A DNA stretch of 64,000 nucleotides, from assembly GCA_964461255.1 (NCBI GenBank), contig CAYWTR010000003.1, positions 91,144-155,143 of the forward strand, in the 5' to 3' direction. Position 1 is the stretch's first letter, and every line of letters starts with the position of its first letter. This document shows positions 1 to 7,885 of this stretch, in pieces. The notes beneath the pieces are model-generated. The model saw nothing but the letters and a program-made list of their open reading frames with translations, searched no databases and was not told where the DNA came from. The stretch comes from an uncultured Fibrobacteraceae bacterium. Its GTDB lineage: Bacteria; Krumholzibacteriota; Krumholzibacteriia; LZORAL124-64-63. Position numbers and translations under genes: made by a program.

Positions 1-115
1 CGGGCACGAACTTGGGCATGAACGTGCGCCAGTCGCCGGTCTTGTAGTCGGCGGCGTTGCCGGCTTCGGTGATGATGCCGCCCTCGGCCAGCTCGTGGGC
101 ATGCTTCAGAGTCAT
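1..115 (-). CDS. porD: Pyruvate:ferredoxin oxidoreductase delta subunit (4Fe-4S), N-terminal part only; runs off the window edge
   Basis: Manual translation MTLKHAHELAEGGIITEAGNAADYKTGDWRTFMPKFVP matches the delta-subunit GxxxxxKTGxWR motif. The ATG overlaps the gamma-subunit stop (ATGA). Confidence 0.85.
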   Translation of the reverse strand, partial: MTLKHAHELAEGGIITEAGNAADYKTGDWRTFMPKFVP

Positions 116-693
116 TCGCACACCAGCTCCTTATGGGCGCGCTCGACGGCGGCCAGATTGCCGTCGATGACGGCCTGCGAGAACTTGGACTTGAAGCGTT
201 CGACCAGCGACGCCTTCATGTCCTCCAGGCTCATCAAGTCGGTGGCGGCCAGCAGCGCGCCGATCATCGGCATGTTGGGAATCGACTTGCCGAAGCAGTC
301 GAGGGCGATCTGCGTCGCGTCCACCGTGTAGACCTTGCCGTCGGCGGTCAGCAGGCGGCGGCGGATGGCGGCCGGCGGCTCGCTGGTGTTGACCAGGTAG
401 ACCGTCTCGGCGCGGCCGCCGGCGGTCACGCCAGCCGCGGACGACTCCAACAGCGTCGGGTCGAGGATGATCACGATGTCGGGATTCTCGATGCTGCAGT
501 GGCGCCGGATCGGCGTGTCGGCGATGCGGGTGTAGCCTCGCATCGGCGCGCCGCGCCGCTCCGGCCCGTACTCGGGGAAGCCTTGGCTGTACTTGCCTCG
601 GTCCAGCACCGCCTCGGCCAGGAAGATGGCGGCGGTCTTCGCGCCCTGCCCGCCCCGACCATGCCAGCGGATCTCCACCATGTCGCCTGCCAT
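112..693 (-). CDS. porC: Pyruvate/2-oxoacid:ferredoxin oxidoreductase gamma subunit
   Basis: MAGDMVEIRWHGRGGQGAKTAA...YGPERRGAP...PNMPMIGAL motifs. Start taken as the ATG at 693, not the ORF-track start at 1155. Confidence 0.93.
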   Translation of the reverse strand: MAGDMVEIRWHGRGGQGAKTAAIFLAEAVLDRGKYSQGFPEYGPERRGAPMRGYTRIADTPIRRHCSIENPDIVIILDPTLLESSAAGVTAGGRAETVYLVNTSEPPAAIRRRLLTADGKVYTVDATQIALDCFGKSIPNMPMIGALLAATDLMSLEDMKASLVERFKSKFSQAVIDGNLAAVERAHKELVCE

Positions 694-849
694 AAGCCAC
701 GCTCCTTCTCTGCTGCGCGCCGGCCGGCGCCCCGCGGGGCCGCGACCGGTCGGCCGCGTCAAAGTTAGTGCGCGGCGAGGCCGAAACCAAAAGAAAAGAG
801 CCGGGCGGCCGGGCGTCGGCGCGGACGCGCGGCTCAGACAAGTTGCGCA

Positions 850-878
850 TTGCCAAGGACTGGCGCGATCGCTAGCTT
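850..878 (+). promoter_or_regulatory. Candidate sigma70 promoter for aroB
   Basis: TTGCCA-17 nt-TAGCTT, followed by an AGGGAGG RBS and the ATG at 899. Confidence 0.5.
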
Positions 879-898
879 GCCCGTTAGGGAGGTTTGCC

Positions 899-2038
899 AT
901 GACCCCGCCGGCGACCACCGTGGAATCCGAACGCTCGCTGGCGCTGCGTCTGGGCGGCCGTGAATGCCGCGTGCGCCTGGGGCGCGGCGTCGTGGCGAGG
1001 CTGCCCGCGCTCGTCGGCGAGCAGGCAGCCGCGGTGTTGATCGACAATGCCGTTCCCCACCTGCACCGCCTGCGTCTGGTGCCGGCGTTGCGGGACGCCG
1101 CCCGTCGTCCGCTGCCCACGCGCACCCTGGTCGGCGGCGAGCAGGTCAAGCGCATCGAGGAGCTGGACCACGTCTACCGCTGGCTGGCGCAGGTCCGGCT
1201 GCCGCGGGACGGCATCCTGGTCGGCGTCGGCGGCGGCGCGCTGCTCGACCTGGCGGGGTTCGCCGCCGCCACCTGGCAGCGCGGCGTGCGCTACGTCGCC
1301 CTGCCGACGACGTTGCTGGCCATGGCGGACGCCGCCGTCGGCGGCAAGACGGCGATCGACGCCGGCGGCCTGAAGAACAGCGTGGGCGCCTTCCATCCGG
1401 CGCAGACCGTGCTGGCCGATCCCGATTTCCTGGCCACGATGCCGCGGCGCCAGTGGCGCGGCGGCCTGGCCGAGATGATCAAGGCAGCGGTGATCGGCGC
1501 TCCCGCGCTGTTCGCGGCGCTGGAGCGTCGCGCCGGCGTCCTGGCCCTCCATTTCGCCGACGGCGATCCTGACGCCGCCCCCGCGGCGGCGGCGCTGGCG
1601 CTTCCCTGGTCGGCCTGGATCGACCGCGCGCTGCGCGTGAAGATACGCATCGTGCGCAGCGATTTCCGCGAAACCGGGCCGCGGCGCGCCCTGAACCTGG
1701 GCCACACGCTCGGCCACGCGCTGGAGGCGGCGGGAGGATACACGCACGGCGAGGCGGTGTCGGTGGGGATGGCCGCCGTCGCGCGCCTGGCCGCCCGGCG
1801 CGGCCTCTGCGCCCGGGACGACGCCAGGCGCATCCAGGCCCTGCTGGTCGCCTGCGGGCTCCCGGTCGCCGCCAAGCCACCCCCGCGCCATGAACTGGAG
1901 CGTCTGATCGCCGGCGACAAGAAACGCCTCGGGGGCGAGGTGCGCTGGGTGCTGCCCGCGAGGATCGGCGCCGTGGTCTTGGACCAGTCGGTCAGCATCG
2001 AAGAGGCGGCGGCGGCGGCGCGGGCGACCCGCGGATGA
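899..2038 (+). CDS. aroB: 3-dehydroquinate synthase
   Basis: GGGALLDLAGFAAATWQRG, PTTLLAMADAAVGGKTAI, KNSVGAFH, GLAEMIK and LNLGHTLGHALE motifs. Confidence 0.95.
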   Translation: MTPPATTVESERSLALRLGGRECRVRLGRGVVARLPALVGEQAAAVLIDNAVPHLHRLRLVPALRDAARRPLPTRTLVGGEQVKRIEELDHVYRWLAQVRLPRDGILVGVGGGALLDLAGFAAATWQRGVRYVALPTTLLAMADAAVGGKTAIDAGGLKNSVGAFHPAQTVLADPDFLATMPRRQWRGGLAEMIKAAVIGAPALFAALERRAGVLALHFADGDPDAAPAAAALALPWSAWIDRALRVKIRIVRSDFRETGPRRALNLGHTLGHALEAAGGYTHGEAVSVGMAAVARLAARRGLCARDDARRIQALLVACGLPVAAKPPPRHELERLIAGDKKRLGGEVRWVLPARIGAVVLDQSVSIEEAAAAARATRG

Positions 2039-2060
2039 ACTCCGTCCCTGCCGCCGCCCG

Positions 2061-5000
2061 CTATCTCGCCAGGACCGCCTTGGCCGTGCGCGTCTCGCCG
2101 CCCGCGCTCAGGCGCGCCAGGTAGACGCCCGCGGCCACCGCGTCGCCGCGCTCATCGCGCCCGTCCCAGACCGCCTGATGGCCACCCGCCGCCAGCGGCG
2201 CGTCGATCAGTGTCCGCACGCGCCGGCCGCGCAGGTCGTAAATGCGCAGCTGGATACGACCCTCCCTCGCGACGTCGAAGCCGATCGTCGTGCGCGGATT
2301 GAACGGGTTGGGAGCCACGACCGAGATCCGCAGGGCGGCGGGCGGCAGGCCGCCGTCCACCCCGGTCGTCTCCGGGCGGAGCAGCTGCGAATAGCCGCCC
2401 ATGCGCCCGGCGGCGTCCAGAGCCGCGATGAGGTAATAGGCTCCCGGCGGCGGCGCGCGGTCGATCCAGGCCGCCGTGGGATGGGGCAGCAGCGCCGCGC
2501 TCTTGTCGGGGCCCGGGATGAAGACCGCCGCCGTGTCGCGATAGACCACGTAGGCGGCAACATCGGGTTCGGCGTTGGGAGTCCAGGACAGACGCCAGCC
2601 GCCCTCGGCGTCGGCGGCGACGGCGGCGCCGGCCACGGCGGCGGGCGCCTCGAGTCCGCCCTGCGGCCCGCCTCTGAGCCCGATGTCCGCGCGGGAACCG
2701 TCAGGGTCGTTGCCGGCCGGATCGGGATCTCCCCGGTCGACGCAGGGCGAGTGCAGGCCGAGCGCGTAATCCTCGCCGGGGGCATCGAGGAAGCGCGGAT
2801 CGAGGGCCAGGTCGTGGGCTCCGGGTGTCACGCCGGCGTAATCGCCGCCGGAGTTGTCCCAGATGTCGTTGTGGTCGACGACCAACTGCGTCCCGCCTCC
2901 GGCCAGACCGTTGCCGATGTTGCCGGCGATGATGGTGTTGCGCACCGCGTAGGCGCCCGTGGCGGTCACGAACAGACCGCCGCCGAGCGCGTCGCTGCGA
3001 TTGCCGAGCAGCAGGCAGTTTTCCACGGAGCCGCCGGCGGCGGAGGTCACCATCAACCCGCCGCCCAGGCCGCCGGCGCGGTTGCCAGAGCTCAGCAGGT
3101 TGCGAACGACGGTCGTGCCGCCCTCGAAGGCGCCGCCGCCGCCCCCCCCCGTGCCGGCGCGATTGTCCCGCCAGCGGCCGCCCTGCACCACCGCCGAACC
3201 GCCTCGGACGAGCAGCCCCCCCCCTTTGAGGACGGCGCGGTTGCGCTCCAACACCACGTCCGTCATGCTCAAGTCGGCCGCGTCGGCGAAGAGGGCGCCG
3301 CCCTCGTTGGCGCCGTCGTGATCCGAAAACACGTCCCCGCTGAGAGCGACCGCGCCGCCTTCGACGTGCAGCGCGCCGCCGGTGTTGGCGGCCGTGCTGT
3401 CGCTCAAGGTGTTGGCGGAAAAGAAATTGCCGCGCAACTGGGCTCCCAGGGGCTGATGCAGCGCCAGCGCGCCGCCGCGGGTGGCCACATTGCCGATGAA
3501 CGAGCACGCCTCGATGACCGGGCTGCCTCCCACGGCCAGGATGGCGCCGCCGAGCCCAAACTGCGATCCGAAGGCGGCGCGGCTATTCTCGAACACGCAG
3601 CCTCTCACGGTCGGCGAGGCGCCGACGCTCAGGATGGCGCCGCCGTGGGTTCCCTGGCTCGGCTGATCGAACATCGTGCCCTGGCAATCGTGAAAAGTCA
3701 CGCCGTCGACGCCCGCGAAGTCGCCCGCACCGCTCCAGAAACGCAGCGCACTGCTTAGACCGCGCCAGCGCGTGGGGGTGGCGTCGGGATCGCGCTGGGT
3801 GAAGTCGGCGTTCCAACCTCCGAAAAGCCGAACCGGGCCATTGATGCTGACGCTTTCGATATAGTCGCCGGCGGCGATCATCACCGAATCGAAGCCCGTG
3901 CAGGCCAGCACGGCCGCGCCGATGGTGTGGGCCGCCGTCTCCTGGCTCTCGTAGGGCAGTGTGTTCGAGCCGGTCACCGAGACATAGCGCACCTTGTGAC
4001 CCAGGATGGTCAGCCGCGCGGAGAAACCGTAGCCGTTGTGGATGTTCCCCGCGACGTGCACCAGAAGGCGTCCGCTCGTGGTGGCGACATTGGGCACGGT
4101 CCAGAGATAGCTGCCGGTGTTGGGCACGCCCGCGGCGACCAGCGTCTCGAAGCAGAGATCATCGGCGCTGAAATGGATATCGACCTGCGCCGGCGCCGCG
4201 CCCGCCGTGTCCCACCGCACCTCCGTCTGGGTGTCGGCCCGGATCGCGACGTTGCCGCCCGGGGCCGTCAGCAGGAAGCTCGCGGGCGGCGGCGCGTAGA
4301 TCGGCTGGGTGGCGCCGCTGCCGATGCCGGCGGCGCCGTACTTGATGTAGAAATAGCCCGCCATGCCGAAGCCCGTGCCCCATGAATTCTTGCAGATCCA
4401 GGCGCCCGCGCCGTTGCATAGGCGATCGTCCCAGCCGACCATCAGCACCAGGTGGTTCGTCCAGGGACCGCCTCCCTCGTAGCAGCCGCCCGAGTAGGTT
4501 TCGAAATCGCCCGAGGCGTCGACCGCGCAGGCCACAGGCCCCTCCATGATCGCGGTCTTGAGCTGGTCGATGTCGTTGGGGATGCTGCGCCAGCTGCTGA
4601 GCCGCACGAACGGCAGGTACGCCGTCTGCGTGCACGGCACCAGGTCGGCCAGACCGCCGGCGTACGGCATGCAATGTTCGTCGATGCCGCCGTGATTCAT
4701 CAGGACGTCGTAGGCGGCGGCGGCCCAGCCGCCGCTGCAGCCGGCGCCGTACGGGTTGCAAGAGATGATCTGCTGCTCGGACAGGTCAAGCTCGGGGCCG
4801 TAGTAGATCTTGACGTACGACTCTACCCCCGCCAGCGCCGCGAACGCCCAACACGAGCCGCAGCTGCCCTGGTTCTTGACCGGGGTCACGCCGTTCAGGG
4901 CGCGCCAGTCGAAGGAGGAGGGCAGTGTCTTGGCGACGGGCAGATGCTCGACGCGCGCCTCCCACTGCTTCCAGTCCTGCGGCGACATCACCAGGCCGCC

Positions 5001-5243
5001 GTGCAGGGCGGCTCGTTCCTCCGCCGTCAGACCGCGCAGGAAAGCATCGTCGGCCTCCCAGCTCCAACCGTTGGCCGCGATGGCCTGGCGTGCGGCCTCA
5101 ACCTGGCGCGCGATCTCGTCGGCGGCGGTGGGCGCCGCCGCGGCCAGCATCAGCAGCAGGGCCACGCCCAGCGCCGCGGCGACGGCGCTGCGCTTGTCGG
5201 ATCGGAAACTCGACTGGCGGCCGGGACGATGCAGGTGATTCAT
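2061..5243 (-). CDS. Secreted papain-family (C1A) cysteine peptidase with Ig-like, right-handed beta-helix and C-terminal FlgD-Ig (T9SS-like) domains
   Basis: Signal peptide; FDWR, KNQGSCGSCWAF (catalytic Cys), NHLVLMVGWD (His), WICKNSWG (Asn); repeated GGA/GGG beta-helix coils; C-terminal PNPFNP...IYDLRGRRV...WDGRD...GVY. Confidence 0.88.
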   Translation of the reverse strand: MNHLHRPGRQSSFRSDKRSAVAAALGVALLLMLAAAAPTAADEIARQVEAARQAIAANGWSWEADDAFLRGLTAEERAALHGGLVMSPQDWKQWEARVEHLPVAKTLPSSFDWRALNGVTPVKNQGSCGSCWAFAALAGVESYVKIYYGPELDLSEQQIISCNPYGAGCSGGWAAAAYDVLMNHGGIDEHCMPYAGGLADLVPCTQTAYLPFVRLSSWRSIPNDIDQLKTAIMEGPVACAVDASGDFETYSGGCYEGGGPWTNHLVLMVGWDDRLCNGAGAWICKNSWGTGFGMAGYFYIKYGAAGIGSGATQPIYAPPPASFLLTAPGGNVAIRADTQTEVRWDTAGAAPAQVDIHFSADDLCFETLVAAGVPNTGSYLWTVPNVATTSGRLLVHVAGNIHNGYGFSARLTILGHKVRYVSVTGSNTLPYESQETAAHTIGAAVLACTGFDSVMIAAGDYIESVSINGPVRLFGGWNADFTQRDPDATPTRWRGLSSALRFWSGAGDFAGVDGVTFHDCQGTMFDQPSQGTHGGAILSVGASPTVRGCVFENSRAAFGSQFGLGGAILAVGGSPVIEACSFIGNVATRGGALALHQPLGAQLRGNFFSANTLSDSTAANTGGALHVEGGAVALSGDVFSDHDGANEGGALFADAADLSMTDVVLERNRAVLKGGGLLVRGGSAVVQGGRWRDNRAGTGGGGGGAFEGGTTVVRNLLSSGNRAGGLGGGLMVTSAAGGSVENCLLLGNRSDALGGGLFVTATGAYAVRNTIIAGNIGNGLAGGGTQLVVDHNDIWDNSGGDYAGVTPGAHDLALDPRFLDAPGEDYALGLHSPCVDRGDPDPAGNDPDGSRADIGLRGGPQGGLEAPAAVAGAAVAADAEGGWRLSWTPNAEPDVAAYVVYRDTAAVFIPGPDKSAALLPHPTAAWIDRAPPPGAYYLIAALDAAGRMGGYSQLLRPETTGVDGGLPPAALRISVVAPNPFNPRTTIGFDVAREGRIQLRIYDLRGRRVRTLIDAPLAAGGHQAVWDGRDERGDAVAAGVYLARLSAGGETRTAKAVLAR

Positions 5244-5321
5244 GCGAGACCTCTCCCCGGAATGGTGGCGCAGCAGGATCGCACAACTGCCCGCGAGCGT
5301 GCATTTCTCCATGATAATGCC

Positions 5322-5341
5322 TGATTATCCCCCGATAATCA
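5322..5341. promoter_or_regulatory. AT-rich palindrome, candidate operator upstream of the C1 peptidase
   Basis: TGATTATC-cccc-GATAATCA is a perfect 8-bp inverted repeat about 80 bp upstream of the start codon. Confidence 0.45.
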
Positions 5342-5385
5342 ATTCCCGTGCCTCCAAAACACCGGCGCGGCGCCGTGGCGGTGCG

Positions 5386-7401
5386 TCAGTACACGCCGCA
5401 GGGGTCGATGTCCAGGCTCACATCCACCCCTCGCGCCTGCCCCGCGGCGGCGCGGGCGCAGTCGGCCAGCCATGCCTTCTGCCGCGCCGACATCTCCCCC
5501 TTGATGAGAATCTGCCAGCGATGCCGGTCCTGCAGGCGAGGGAAGACCGCCGGCGCCGGTCCCAGGACCTCGCGCGCCGGGCTCGCCAGCCCCGCGGCGA
5601 GCGCTACCGCCAGGCTGGCGGCGGCGGCTTCGACGGGCGCGGGGCGGCGGCCGCTGACGGCCACGCGCGCGAGCCGGCGCGCGGGCGGATACCCGAGGGC
5701 GCCGCGCAACGCCAGCTCCTGCTCGGCGAACGCCGCGTAGTCGTGCGCGGCGGCGGCGCGGACGATCGGGTGCTCGGGCCTCCAGGTCTGGAAGATGACC
5801 AGGCCCGGACGCGTGCGGCCGGTGCGCCCGGCCACCTGCGTCAGCAGCTGGAAGGTGCGCTCGTCGGCGCGGAAGTCTGGCAGAGTCAGCCCGTCGTCGG
5901 CCGCCAGCACGCCGACCAGCTCGACCTCGGGGAAATGGTGCCCCTTGGCCACCATCTGGGTTCCGACCAGGATCCCCGCGCGCCCGGAGGCGAACGCGGC
6001 GAGGATGCGACCGTGCCCGCCCCGCCCACGCGCGGCGTCCTGGTCCAGGCGCAGCACGGCGGTCTCGGGGAAATGAGCGCGCAGCGCCAGCTCCACCCGT
6101 TCGGTGCCGCCGCCGGCGGGCAGGAAGCGGCTGCCGCCGCAGCCCGGGCAGCGCGCCGGCGCGGGGCGGGCGTGCCCGCAGTAATGGCAGAGCAGGCGAC
6201 GCGGGCGCAGGTGGTAGGTCAGGCCGATGTCGCAGCGCGGGCAGAGGCTGGCCTCGCCGCAATCGGCGCACTGCAGCGCGCGTGCGAAGCCGCGGCGATT
6301 GTAGTAGAGGATGATCTGGCGTCCTCGCGCCAGCGTGTGCTCCATCGCCTCGAGCAGGCGGGCGGAGAACCCTTCGGCAGCGGCGTCGCCGCGCATGTCG
6401 ACGATCTCGACGGCCGGCAGTTCGCCTATGGGGCGGTCGCTCAGATGGAACAGCCGATAGCGGCCGGCGGAGGCGTTGGCGTGGCTTTCCAGGTCGGGCG
6501 TGGCCGAGCCCAGAAGCACCACGGCACCCGCCGCCCGCGCGCGGATCAGGGCGGCGTGCCGGGCGTGGTAACGCGGTTTCTCGTCCTGTTTGTAGGAGAG
6601 GTCATGCTCCTCGTCGACGACGATCACGCCCAGGTCGCGCACGGGGGCGAACAGCGCCGAGCGCGGGCCGACGATCACGCGCAGTTCGCCCGCCGCCGCC
6701 GCCTCGTGGACGCGGCTGCGCTCGCCGGCCGCCAGCCCGCTGTGCAGGGCGCCCACGGCGCCGCCGAAGCGGGCGGTGATGCGCGCCATGGTCTGCGGCG
6801 TCAGCGCGATCTCCGGCAGCAGGAAAATGGCCCCCCGGCCCTGCGCCAGGGCCGCGGCGATCACGCGCAAATAGACCTCGGTCTTGCCGCTGCCGGTCAC
6901 TCCGTGCAGCAACAAGACGCCGAAACGCCTGGCCTGCAGGCCGGCCGCGCCGGCAGCCGCGGCCCGGTCCTGCACCGGCGTCAGGACGATGTCGGCGGGA
7001 TCCGTGGGCTCGCTCAGGGGGTAGGCGGGCGGCGGCGCGGCGCGCGCGGCCCGCGCGCGCGTGCCCGGCGCGGGCGGATGGAACAGCGGCACCACCTCGC
7101 CCAGCGGCAGGGCGTAGTAGTCGGCCAGCCAGAGGGCCAGTTCGAGCCGATCGCGCTCCAGCCGGTAGGCATCCGGCAGGCGCCTCGTCACCGCCCGCAG
7201 CGGGTGCCCGGCGACGTCGCCGGCGGCCGCCGCCTCGCGCGCCGCCACCACCAGCCCGACCACCTGCCGCCGGCGACCGAAGGGCACGACCACCAGATCG
7301 CCGCGTTCGGGCGCGCGCCCTCCTCCCTCGCCGCCGCCGTCCCAGCGGTAGGTGAAAGTATGCGGCAGAGGCACCGGCAGGGCGATCTCGACCAGCAGCA
7401 T
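5386..7401 (-). CDS. priA: Primosomal protein N' (replication restart helicase)
   Basis: LLHGVTGSGKTEVY, IVVDEEHDLSYKQ, two CxxC...CxxC zinc motifs, ILVGTQMVAKGHHFP, and TFQLLTQVAGRTGR. Confidence 0.96.
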   Translation of the reverse strand: MLLVEIALPVPLPHTFTYRWDGGGEGGGRAPERGDLVVVPFGRRRQVVGLVVAAREAAAAGDVAGHPLRAVTRRLPDAYRLERDRLELALWLADYYALPLGEVVPLFHPPAPGTRARAARAAPPPAYPLSEPTDPADIVLTPVQDRAAAAGAAGLQARRFGVLLLHGVTGSGKTEVYLRVIAAALAQGRGAIFLLPEIALTPQTMARITARFGGAVGALHSGLAAGERSRVHEAAAAGELRVIVGPRSALFAPVRDLGVIVVDEEHDLSYKQDEKPRYHARHAALIRARAAGAVVLLGSATPDLESHANASAGRYRLFHLSDRPIGELPAVEIVDMRGDAAAEGFSARLLEAMEHTLARGRQIILYYNRRGFARALQCADCGEASLCPRCDIGLTYHLRPRRLLCHYCGHARPAPARCPGCGGSRFLPAGGGTERVELALRAHFPETAVLRLDQDAARGRGGHGRILAAFASGRAGILVGTQMVAKGHHFPEVELVGVLAADDGLTLPDFRADERTFQLLTQVAGRTGRTRPGLVIFQTWRPEHPIVRAAAAHDYAAFAEQELALRGALGYPPARRLARVAVSGRRPAPVEAAAASLAVALAAGLASPAREVLGPAPAVFPRLQDRHRWQILIKGEMSARQKAWLADCARAAAGQARGVDVSLDIDPCGVY

Positions 7402-7447
7402 GCCGCCATCGTAGCGCCGGCACGCCGTCGCGGCAACGGCCAGCGGC

Positions 7448-7822
7448 TCAACCGTGGCGCACGCCCAGAAGCGTTTGCACCTTTTCGAGCAGGCGTTGGG
7501 GGCTGAAAGGCTTGGTGACGTAGGCGTCCGCGCCCGCCTGCCGACCAAGCTCGCGGTCCTCTCGGCGGCCGCGCGCGGTCAGCAGGATCACGGGGACGTC
7601 GGCCGTGCGGCGATCCTGCTTGAGTTCCCGGCAAACTTCGAAACCGCTGCGCCGCGGCATCATGACGTCGAGCACGATCAGGTCGGGCGGCTCCGCGCGC
7701 GCCTGGGCCAGGGCCTGCTCGCCGTCGGCGACCGCGAGCACACGGTACCCTTCCGCGCCGAGGCTGAATTCGAGGATGTTCAGGATGCTGGCTTCGTCAT
7801 CGCAGATCAGGATGGTGCGCAA
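7448..7822 (-). CDS. Stand-alone response regulator receiver protein
   Basis: ILICDDE, LIVLDVMMP (phospho-Asp), LLTA and KPF; TTG start with a GAGGAGG RBS. Confidence 0.9.
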   Translation of the reverse strand: MRTILICDDEASILNILEFSLGAEGYRVLAVADGEQALAQARAEPPDLIVLDVMMPRRSGFEVCRELKQDRRTADVPVILLTARGRREDRELGRQAGADAYVTKPFSPQRLLEKVQTLLGVRHG

Positions 7823-7885
7823 ACCATTCCTCCTCGCGCTGCGGCAGCCGCCGGCGACGCGCGCGGCGGACCAGAATGGGTATCG

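Noticed and set aside
775-830. U-rich tract after a loose hairpin upstream of porC (possible attenuator)
   Set aside because: The stem is poorly defined and no promoter could be placed, so the evidence is too weak.
694-1155. Long N-terminal extensions in the ORF track (porC, aroB, priA, barrel, envC, PPIase, nifS, DUF58)
   Set aside because: Internal starts with an RBS or a start/stop overlap fit better, and the extensions are low-complexity and overlap neighbouring genes.
5311-5341. Canonical Fur box
   Set aside because: GATAAT hexamers are present, but the spacing does not match the 19-bp or 7-1-7 consensus.
5242-7506. Long + strand ORFs, e.g. 5242-7506, 10972-14007, 15641-18454, 23883-26606, 33708-37058, 53415-56738 and 59164-62238
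   Set aside because: They are antisense shadows of well-supported minus-strand genes, which is expected at high GC. None shows recognisable motifs.
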